Of a stretch of DNA of 64,000 nucleotides, positions 53,089-64,000 are shown in pieces. Below the pieces are notes generated by a model. It was not told where the DNA came from. It saw nothing but the letters and a program-made list of their open reading frames with translations, and made no database searches. The position numbers and the translations under genes were made by a program. Source of the stretch: the human T2T-CHM13v2.0 reference genome, Homo sapiens; the NCBI RefSeq assembly GCF_009914755.1, contig NC_060931.1. One strand, given 5' to 3'. Within the stretch, counting starts at the first letter, position 1; each line of letters opens with the position of its first letter.

Positions 53089-53508
53089 TGTTACTAGTTG
53101 AGGATGTCCAGGTTTTTGGCATTTTGAACAAAGAATTGGACAAAACACACAAATAAAGCAAGGAAAGAACGAAGCAACAAAAGCAGAGATTTATTGAAAA
53201 TGAAAGCACACTCCACAGGATGGGAGTGGGCCTGAGCAAGCAGCTCAAGGGCCTCAGTTACAGAATTTGCTGGGTCTCAATACCCTCTGGAGGTTTTCAA
53301 TTGGTTACTTGGTGTATGCCCTATGTAAATGAAGAGAATAAAGTCAAGTTATAAAGTCATTTACTTGGTATGCACCCTATGTAAGTAGAGAAGATGAAGT
53401 AAAGTTGCAAAGCCATTCACATTCCTGTCATTGCTGAAGTGTTTCCATTCGGTTTAGTTCTAGGAAGTCCTCAGGTTCCCTGACTCCAGGTCCTATTCTC
53501 CTGCCTCA
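53089..53508 (-). mobile_element. MER61 solo LTR
   Basis: tgttactagttgaggatgtccagg...gaacaaagaattggacaaaac...cctattctcctgcctca; near-TSD gtgg / ttgg. Confidence 0.85.
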
Positions 53509-53579
53509 TTGGGATAATAACTAAGCCAAAGGTTTGCAGTTTCAATTTTTTAAAATCCATTTGTTGCTTAAGCTTTTTA

Positions 53580-53923
<344 letters not shown>

Positions 53924-55127
53924 CAATTAAAATCTCTTTAGAAACTTCTGCACATCAGTAGGTGTCCTGGGTGAGCCTAATTGAAGAGACCTCAATTTTA
54001 GATGCACTTCTTAAAGTGCAGTGTTGTTCATTTGGAATGCCTCACTGTAATTTTTAATTATCATTAATAACATTTCACCGTTTTTGTAAGCATTTGCTGC
54101 TTACAATATCTAATACTTTTACATATAAAGGTAGGTGTGGACAGAAGATAAAGCATCCAGATCTTCAGAAACTAAGGATCCCATTTTTAATTGAGTCTTG
54201 GCTTTTGTTCTTAGATACGCTTAATCAATGTAGCCAATAATATTCCCGTACCAGAATACACAAGAATGAGAAACAAAGGGGATAAAACACAAAATCCCTG
54301 AGAATTTCCAAAAGCTGGAAATTCTCATTTACTGCAGAAATTGCCATTTACTACCAGTTTCTCTCTGACCCAGTCAGACATCTGAGCCCTCTAACTGGAT
54401 TTAATCCAAGCAATTATTATATCTAATTTTATCCCAGACCAAGTTAAATTTTTGCCATGACTTCCAAACCCCAAAATTTGCTCAGACAAACTCAGATGGC
54501 TCAAGACATGAGAGAAATGAACACAATGGGCTTGGCAGATACCTGGCTATTTTATGCCTCTTTGCAATTATCTCCATCCAGAACCCTAGTGTTACCTAGT
54601 TCAAGGAAGAACTTTTGTCATCCTTGAAAGATCAGCTACCCCTTGAAGAATTTCCTCCTTTTCTTTGTTCTCCTCCTTACTAACATCCCACTTCCCCTTT
54701 TACACAAATCTACAACTCACCTGTAATTTACAATTTATAGGGTTACAATGAGAAGTTACCTCTAACTTGCAAACAAGGGAAGCAAAATGATTCTCTGAGA
54801 GAATCATCTCATCCCTTAACACTGACACATAAAGGATCAAGGCGGAGAAGTGCAAAGACATTTTAAAGAGATAGAATAGTTTCCAAGCTTGAAAGATTGA
54901 GTTATGACAAATCTGAAGCCCTTGGGGCCAGACTTGCTTTGGAATTTAGATAGTTGTGTTTTTTGAACACAATAAATATGCCATACGTTATGTAACACCC
55001 TCAGCATAATTTTATGAAAATCATCAATGTCTGTGCAATGAAAGTATGAATCCCTCACTAAGCAGGATAAATAAATAGTATAGCTTTACATTCTTTCATG
55101 TCAGAGTTGCTCTCAATTTACTAAAAC

Positions 55128-56359
55128 TGTTGACTAAAAGAGTCAATCTCTGTGTAATCTTTGAAGGATTTATTCTGAGCCAAATATCAGTGACCATGGC
55201 CCAAGGCACAGTCTCAAGAGGTCCTAAGAACATGCGCCCAAGGTAGTCAGGCTATGGCTTGATTTTATATATTTTAGGGAGATATAAGACATCAGTCAAT
55301 ACATGTAAGGTATATATTGGTTTGGTACAGAAAGGCAGGACAACTTGAATTGGAAATTTTCAGGTCATATGTGGATTTGAGGATTTTCTGATTGGCAATT
55401 GGTTGAAAGAGTTATTATCTAAAGACCTACAATCAGTAGAAGGGAGTGTCTGGGTTAAGATATGGGATTGTGGAAACCATGGTTCTTATTATGCAGCTGA
55501 AGCCTCTAAGTAGCAGGCTTCAGATATTAATAGAATAGATTGTAAATGTTTCTTATCAGACTTAAAAAGGTGCCAGACTCTTAGTTAATTCTCTCCTGGA
55601 TCAGGGAAAAGACTTGGAAAGGGAAAATAATTTGCTACAAAATGCGGATTTTCCTCACAAGAGACAGCTTTGCAGGGCCATTTCAAAATATGTCAAAGGA
55701 ATGTATTTTGGGGTAAAATTCTTTGATTTCTTTCAGGGCCTGTTATCTGTTATGCTGGTGTCTTATTGCTACAAAGAGTCCGCTTTGTTAGTTTTAAGAT
55801 CTCTGTTAATGGTGGTCAGTTGTGCCTGAATTCCAAAGGGAGTGGTTTGGCTGTGTCCCCACCCACATCTCATCTTGAATTGTAGTTCCCATAATCCCCA
55901 AGTGTCATGGGAGGGACCTGATGGGAGGTAATTAAATCATGGGGTTGTTATCCCCATGCTACTGTCCTTGTGATAGTGAGTGAGTTCTCACAAGATCTGA
56001 TGGTTTTATAAGGAGTTTTCCCCCTTTTGCTCAGCACTTTTCCTTCCTGCCACCATGTGAAGAAGGACGTATTTGCTTCCGCTTCCACCATGATTGTAAG
56101 TTTTCTGAAGCCTCCCCAGCCATGGTGAACTGTGAGTCAATTAAACCTCTTTCCTTTATAAATTACCCAGTCTTGGGTATGTCTTTATTAGCAGCATGAG
56201 AATGGGCTAATGAAAGGAGAAAAGTAAAATGAGACATGTTTGACACTCACTTCTCATCATGGCCAGAGTTATTTTTTAAGGTTTGTTTGGAATGCCGTTT
56301 TTGAGAGGAGGGGTTCATCAGTCAAGTGGCTGGGTTTATGATTTTATTTTTGCTTTACA
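55128..56359 (-). mobile_element. MER4-family solo LTR (MER4D/E-like), split by a THE1 LTR
   Basis: tgttgactaaaagagtcaa...tttattctgagccaaata...gattttatttttgctttaca. Confidence 0.82.
55843..56211 (+). mobile_element. THE1D-like solo LTR lacking both termini
   Basis: tggtttggctgtgtccccaccc...ccatgtgaagaaggacgt...attaaacctctttcctttataaattacccagtc. Confidence 0.9.
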
Positions 56360-56760
56360 CTACTTTGAGTATTTAGAGCTTTGCGAACTTCAGAATTGTG
56401 AATAATATGTTATGAGCCTGAATATCACTAAGCAAAACAATTATCAATCAGAAAGGAGAGAAGTCAACCATGCAAATGAAGAAAAAGAGGGAGAAGCAGG
56501 GACTACCTGTGATATATGTACATTGAAGAACTGTCCAGCAAGAGGCAGGTTTTGCCATATTCTGAATTCATTGCCAAGGCTGCCACCATTAAAAAAAAAT
56601 GTTGGACTATCTCAGCCTGAGAACATTAAGCCGTTTACTCATCCAAACAGCCTTATTCTAGTCCCATACTCTCCCATACCACTGGATGCTTGTTAATTTT
56701 GGCATATATCAAATATCTGCCAAAGAGAATATTTTAAATAACGTTAAGAATTCCTACTAC

Positions 56761-57322
56761 TGTGATATCTGAGAAATCAAAATATTTTACATTCAAATAT
56801 ATTTTTGACTTATTTTGAGATAGCTTTCAGAGGGCTAGCAAACAGAAATGGCCCTGAAAAACTGTCTTTTGCAGGGGAAATTTGCACCTATAGAAAATCT
56901 GCATTAATGCTGCCAGGCCTTTCTTTGTCTGGATCTAGGAAAGATGAACTGAGACTCTGACACCTTTAAAGATCTTCAGAGAAATATTTACTATCTATTC
57001 TCTCTGAGGTTTCATCTACCTAACAAGACAACTTTTGCTAACCAAGTCTCTTCTGTCTCTCCTGTCTTGTTACTAAAACCTGATTTACTACCACAACCTG
57101 TGTTTGGCCATACTCTGATCCCACATTCTTTTTGTAACCCCAAGATGGTGAATAAACCTCTGCACCCTTTTGGAGGAGTGGGTCTTCCTTCTCAAGGCTT
57201 CAGTGCCACAAAAAACTATGATCAGCTAAATTTGTATGCCTTTTCTCCAATTAATCTGCCTTTTGTGACTTAATTTTTCAGTGAAACTTCAGAGGGCCAA
57301 GGGGAACTTCCCCTTTGTTACA
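56761..57322 (+). mobile_element. MER34-like 5' LTR
   Basis: TG...CA termini; aaatttgtatgccttttctccaattaatctgccttttgt; followed by a primer-binding-site-like tgacacggtgagtagg. Confidence 0.78.
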
Positions 57323-58809
57323 GTCTGACACGGTGAGTAGGATGATCAAAGCCCCACTCTTCTGGAAGCCACAGTGAAGGAAACCCAGGACCTGGTTAGA
57401 TAGAGTAAGGGTGAAAACTTCTTAGCCAGGCTCCCAGCCACTCTCTCTGTGCAATCTGGTTGAGTGGATAGTAAAATTCATTGTTTCCGCTACAAGATTT
57501 TTATTATGAAGAAAAGGATTTGTGTGCTACTAGTCTTGATGTAGCAACTCTGGTGTACTTTTTGGTAATTTGTAGTACAAGTATTCACATTGTTTGGGTT
57601 CTTTCCTCTAAGAAGGTTTTTTGTTGTTGTTCTGTCTTCGTCTTTCTGTGTTGTTCATAAACAGGGGTAGCGAATAAAGCTCTGTCTTGCCTTGTTTCGT
57701 GTTTTTGTGAGTTTCATTTGTGACCAAGTGGGGGCACTCTCTCTTGGTCTTCACCATCCAGTGGGGATGCTTTTCAGGTTACATCAGGCGGTCAGTCTGA
57801 AAATGGCTGGGAACCTGAGGGTTTTTTGTTTTTGTTGTTATTCTGAATGTGTCAAGTTCTCAGGAGGATTTGTCCGAAGGAGTCCCATCCATAAGGGCTT
57901 TTGTCATCTCAATCCTTGGTGCCTGGATAGTGCTGGGAAAGTCCAACCCCAGGAGGGCCTACCCAGTGTCACAGATTAGTGGATCTGTGACTGGCAGGCC
58001 CCCACAAACTTTTGGGTTATCAGAGGCAAACATCATCCTTAACTACCTGTGGCAACAAGAGTTTTTTTGCTAACTTAGCCTATTTCTGGGAGCATTTAGC
58101 AGCGTTGAGGGTGGGGAGGGAGGGGTTGGAATTAAAATTACATTCTAGGCTTTACAGGAAGAGGCTTGGATTGAGTCACTATTAGAATAAGTACACTATT
58201 CAAAATTTTAATTGTCAATGGCCAGAAGATGGATCCTTTTAATTAGACTCCTAAATTATAAAAAACAGAAAACCCACAATGATTTTAGAGATCTCTTATT
58301 TTAAACAACTGAAAGAAAGACCAAATTTTTAGAAAAGACATAATAATGACATGGCTAGCCTTAAAAATTACCTTGGCCAAATTGAAGAGCACTAATCTGA
58401 TCTAAAACTAAGTTAAAATTATTTGTAAGCTCAGACCACCTGCTTTAGATTCTCTGTGGGATTAATAATGAAGGCAGTTCCCACCTTGTAGTCTGGTAAT
58501 TGCCAGATTACATGACATGAGTTTGATTCCCTGTCAGGGAACCAGTTCTTTTGGTTTGATATTTGTGTGACTTTTGACTTTTTGGCATACCCATTCATCT
58601 CTCTGGAGATGCCTCCTGTGTCTTTGGTTAAGTCATAACTTTGGTTAAGGCTTATTAGTTTCACTCGGGAGGTACTTTTGGTTAAAAAATTCAAAAGCCA
58701 GAAATACAAGCTGTTGGTCTTGACTAAAATATGATATTAAGAAATTAAAAAAAAATTTTTGAAGAGCTCTCTGGTTAAAAGCCAGCTTAATTAAAAGCTT
58801 CTATCCAAG

Positions 58810-58810
<1 letters not shown>

Positions 58811-58842
<32 letters not shown>

Positions 58843-58868
58843 TTTAATACACACACACACACACACAC
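58811..58868. repeat. (TA)n and (CA)n microsatellites
   Basis: Direct reading. Confidence 0.95.
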
Positions 58869-58957
58869 CCCAACCTGTATATATCAACCTCTTTATATAT
58901 ATATAAAGATCTTTCTTTTTTCTCTTTTGTACCCTCTTTTAAAATATTTTTCATTGA

Positions 58958-59470
<513 letters not shown>

Positions 59471-60545
59471 TGTTCACTTGTTTTTTTTAACAGTCATTCT
59501 CCCATTTACTTCTGTCTGTGTCTCCTTTCTCTTGCCACCCTCATGCCACATGAAGGGACCTACAAAGGAAATTTCTTACAGCCTAGGGTCCCTCAAGGAA
59601 AACAGAAAAAATGCCATAAGCTCCTCTTTTTTGGGGAAAAATTTCTGTTTTTTCTCGTGGAACCACAAAACTTGTAAATGCACAGATTCCTTTTAGGTCT
59701 AAAACTCTACCCTCTTTTGTATCACATTACCTGATCTCTTTGGCTTTGAGGGATACCAAACATTACTTTGTATTGTGAGAGAATTTGACCTTAGGTATAA
59801 TGGCTGACTGAGAACTACAGGGTTAGAGGTGGCTGACAGCAGTTGTTTGCAATAAATGGTTAATATTACTAGAGGCTACTCATTTGTGTGCTTAGATAAG
59901 AAAGGACATGATTTAAACACTTAGGGAAATACCTACAAAACAAAGTACACTCTGAAAGCATTGAGTGGCCTGGTCCCCTGGCATTTCCCTCTTTTGGGGG
60001 ACCTGGGAATCAGTGAAATCTTTTATTTTAAAGGTCTAAATGCTCTGCCTTCCAACTGCACCTGCTTTTTACATATTTAAATTATTGGGCCCTAAAACCT
60101 CCAAGTACTTTGTTGGCCTTGTTCCTTAATAGGCTCTTCCCTGAGCTCAGTGGCCTAATTGGAAAACAGAAACTAAATTAAAAGCTACTTATTTAAATGA
60201 AATTGGTCTCCTTATAAAATCCCATGGTAAATTTCTATAATTTTGTTTTACCATGGCATCCACTTTTAATCTTCCTCTAACGCACCCAAACTCCTCTTGA
60301 AAATGCTTGAATTCTCTTCTTCTGTGTTTTGAGATGTAAATTGCTACCCTGCTTTCTCTAAAACTCAGTAAGAGCTCGGGCCATGTGAGACAAATAACCT
60401 TTAACTTGTTCCATTTACAAAGGCAGAGTTTGAATCCAACTGTCCTTTTAAACTAATGAGTCTTACCAGTCTCATATCTAAAATTCTAAAATCAAAACTA
60501 TGAGGTTTTTTGTCTGTCTGTATTTTATGTGTACATGTATATATG

Positions 60546-60605
60546 GTGTACATTATATGTTGTGTCTGCATATATGTGTACATTATGTGTTGTGTCTGCA
60601 TATAT
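60546..60605 (+). repeat. 30-bp tandem duplication
   Basis: gtgtacattat(a/g)tgttgtgtctgcatatat twice; 1 mismatch. Confidence 0.92.
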
Positions 60606-61874
60606 GTATATGTCTACACATATATTTATATATAGTCTACAAATGGTACCAAATTAACTTAAAGATTAAATGAGTACTCATAATAAATTAACTAGCCCCA
60701 GTGCTTTTCACATACATATGCCTTTATTTATCTTTGATAAACCTCATTATAAAATTATTGATAAAATAAAATAGAAACATCTTCAGAAGTTAATTGAGAC
60801 ATTTTTGCCTGGGTCTATAGGTCAGATGGGGTTAAACTGTCTCTGACAGATGTTTTAAGGTCATAAACATTGCTTCTCTATTATTTTTGATACTTGCTTA
60901 ATTTCTCTGTGAGCTAATGTCTTTGGATTTGAGCCTTTAGATTTTGAGGTCTAGATAAGTGGCCATGGTGAGACCTGGGGATATCTGGGCCCCATCCTCC
61001 CTAGTCTAGCTGTGTCTCTTGGCATGCTGAGAGGAATTAGATCCTCCAGGCATTGTCTTCACAGCTCTGTCCTTTGTCCTGAGCTCTACATCTGGTACAT
61101 ACTTAAAATTGCTTACTTCCTAGGTTTTTCACTAAAAATTAGTTACTAAGATTTAGCATTGTGATTAATGTATGTGATTAAAACTACTAGATGTCAAAAA
61201 ATTCTATATGCAAGGTGTACAAGGAAAGTAGAATGTGTTTTTGGTGATGGGGTTATAAGAAGGCAAGGGAATACGGTTTTTGTTCAAGGAAAAGTAATTT
61301 TTGCCCAGTTTAGAAGTTTATAAAAGTTGATTTAAATGGAAAATATTTGTAAATGCTAGATAGAACTAAATGGATATAGAAAGTTGGTAAAGAAAGAGAA
61401 TGGGAAGAATTGTAAAACATTATAAAAGGTTTATGGAAATCTTACCTTCTGGTCAAAACTGATTGGGATGGGATAGATTTGTTTAAAAGGCTTTATTCAA
61501 ATTAGCTTTAGTATTAACAATATACTAATGTAAAGGTAAAATTTGGTTTTTCTCCTTTGAACTACATTTTTGTGTTGTATTAACAAGAGATAGTAAAGAT
61601 TTTTGTTTACCTTTTGAGTAAAATGCAAAAACAAAATAGGAATTTGGAATTTCGATTTTGGAAATTTGGTCAAATATAAAAGATTTAAAACACATGCTCA
61701 AAATAGAATCACAGATCACTATAAAATAATAGTCATTTATTTAGCCAAAGTGATACACCTAACTGGGTACAAGGTACCTGGGAGTTTCCTTATTCTATTT
61801 AACTTTTTACATTAATCACACTTATTTTAACTATAACAAGTATCGGCTATTCTACACAATTCAAGGTGCAAGGA

Positions 61875-62308
61875 TGTCAATCTTAATAAAATTAATAAAA
61901 TACAATTAAGTATAGAGCTTATTCAAGCATGAAGCTTTAGGAGAAGCACTGACTCCAAATGAATAGGTCAGTTTTTCCAAAGTGAAGAGGTTAAAGTTTC
62001 AATCATATAGGCAGAAACAGAGAAGTTCCAGCAGTATTAAACATTTTTATACTATACCAGGTATACACACCACAGCAATCTGAATGACTATAGATTGATA
62101 CATTCCAAGGAATATTGCTTTATTATTTCATGAGGAGAGGTAGTGATCTGAGGGGGTCTTATCTCTGGCATCTTAGGTATTAGTTATTTCTAGAAACAGG
62201 AGAAAAAAGTGTAGAAGTTTGCAGTTGCATGCCACGAGGCTCAGGATATTTAATGTTCCAGCAGCTTTAGGTTTAATTTACTTTAAGTTTGCATTATTTA
62301 ATTTCACA
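61875..62308 (-). mobile_element. ERV1 3' LTR, family not resolved
   Basis: TG...CA bounded, with a PPT (reverse complement gaaagagggaaa) at 62309-62320 and env further along on the minus strand. Confidence 0.6.
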
Positions 62309-62363
62309 TTTCCCTCTTTCAATTGAGATCTTTCAAAGACAGCATCATGGATAAACTCAAACA

Positions 62364-62958
62364 GTTTTGGCTTGAAGGAAATAAAAATATTTTACCCCAA
62401 AATATATTTCTTTGAAATATTTTGAGATGGCTGACCAGAGGGCCTGCAGACAGTAGTCCTGTAATGCTGTCTTTTGTGGGCAAGATTTTCGTTTGTAGAC
62501 AAAATCTGCATTGATGCAGTGAGGACTTCTTTGAAGGCCTTCCCTTGTCTGATCTAGAAAAGATTAACTGAGAGCCTGACACACTTAAAGATCTGAAAGA
62601 AACATTTGCCACGTATTCTTTTTGAGATCTGTTACCAGTGAGATTTCATTTACATAACAAGACCATCTTTGCTAGCCAAGCTTCCTCTTCTCTCCCTCCC
62701 ATAACCTGTCTTGCCACTGTAATCTGATTTACCACCATAATCTGTTTTGGGCCATGCTCTGAGCCCTTTCTGTCACTTCAATCATGATATGTAAGTTTCT
62801 GTATTCCTTGAAGAACGGGTAATCACTCTAATTCTTGCCAATGTGCGCATTAATAATAAATTTGTATGCCTTTTCTCTAATTAATCTGCCTTTTGTGAGT
62901 TGAGTTTTTCAGTGAACCTTCAGAGAGAAAAAAGAAAAGATTTCTTTTGGCCTTTACA
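62364..62958 (+). mobile_element. MER34-like LTR inserted in the minus-strand ERV
   Basis: Clearly homologous to 56761-57322 (aaatattttac...aaatttgtatgccttttctc...cttcagag); ends ttaca. Confidence 0.78.
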
Positions 62959-63194
62959 GGCTCTTTTTATGTTCAAGAACTTAGTCCTACATTGCTAGAA
63001 AGGCTCATTCACGGAGTGTCGTGTCTTATGGCAGGAGGAATTTATCAAGCTATAAAGTTGATAGGGCATAGGACAAATTTAAAGCAGCATGAGGAAAGTG
63101 ACTTTGTAACCTGAGACAGGCTACCAGACTACATCTTTAATTAATGCAATTTATTTGAGTAACCATTATTTTAGTTTCTTTAGTTGTATATTGA

Positions 63195-64000
63195 CTCCAT
63201 TGTGAACAAATGCCACAGCAGCAGTGAAGACAAAAAGAGGACAAAACACAACAAATGATTATAATTCCTAGAATAAGTAAAAGCTTTTTCCACCAGTTTT
63301 CTCAGTATCAAAACCAGCTACTTACCCAATCACTTGGAGAGACTGTTGTATCTAAAAGTTTAGTTATTCGGGTTTTTATATCAGCCATTACTTTAGTGAT
63401 GTTATCTGATTCATCTGGGATACAGGCACAACACTCAGTTTTTATCATTGTGCATGTTCCCTCTTGGGCTGCAGTGAGTATGTCTAAAGCCACACTGTTC
63501 TGTATTAGAGCCTTTCTTCATTGTTTCGTAACGAGATACCCATAAGACTATTATTTAGGGCCTTTTTTATATAATTGGTTACGGCCTCTACACACCAAAT
63601 GAAATCCTCAGTAACCAGTTGCAGGAGAAAGACAGAAGCTAAATGATCACGTCAATAGAATACAGAAAAATTCCAACAAGATTGTAAATGAGGAAGATTT
63701 GCAGGTTTTGAAAGGGTACGAACTTAGCCTGGTATCCAGGAATAGCCTCAAAGACACCATCCTAACCATCTTGGGGGTAGCTAAGCCTGTAGATTGATCG
63801 TGCACAGCCAAGATGTTTCGTTTAGAGATAACTAATAGATAGTCATGGTACCCATTCAGTGGCACGCCAACCAGTACTTTGTCATATAATGTTGTGGATA
63901 CACTGTTCTTTGAGTATCTATCCCACATCACTAGTGTTACTGGGCCATGTATCGTTGGTGTGATATTTTTTGTTCCCAACATAAAGGGGTGAGCTAAGTG
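63195..64000 (-). pseudogene. Degenerate ERV env (SU 3' part and TM), continuing past the window edge
   Basis: *RKALIQNSVALDILTAAQEGTCTMIKTECCACIPD (immunosuppressive domain plus intact CX6CC), then *ENWWKKLLLILGIIIICCVLSSFCLHCCC (membrane anchor); in-frame stops. Confidence 0.88.

Larger units (their letters stand above)
54905..56410. mobile_element. MER46C-like Tigger MITE, split by a MER4 LTR
   Basis: cttggggccaga...tgtaacaccc...ggataaataaa; resumes after 56360 (agagcttt...cagaattgtg). Confidence 0.55.

Noticed and set aside
53300-53385. p53 response element in the MER61 LTR
   Set aside because: Some MER61 copies carry p53 sites, but the candidate half-sites here (gtgtatgccc, gtatgcaccc) lack the CWWG core

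Overview
This is primate (most likely human) AT-rich, CpG-depleted non-coding DNA, either intergenic or deep intronic. I recognise no protein-coding exon, structural RNA gene or CpG island, and I cannot name the locus. Much of the window is transposon-derived: Alu (J, S, Y), old L1M and L2 fragments, MIR, Tigger/hAT MITEs, MaLR and ERVL LTRs. From 43 to 64 kb it is a dense nest of ERV1/MER4-group proviruses carrying two degenerate env remnants and an integrase remnant. Repeat subfamily names come from my memory of consensus sequences and many boundaries are approximate. The most notable structure not explained by a repeat list is a set of short segments copied locally: (i) a ~220-bp direct duplication 1503 bp apart with a 160-bp perfectly identical core; (ii) an 86-bp inverted copy of a sequence 14.4 kb away, inserted into an L1; (iii) a ~165-bp inverted L1 ORF2 piece inside an antisense L1; (iv) an internally shuffled MST provirus; (v) a terminal micro-inversion in an ERV. 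They look like template-switch or templated-insertion scars. I found no convincing evidence of a new gene system.
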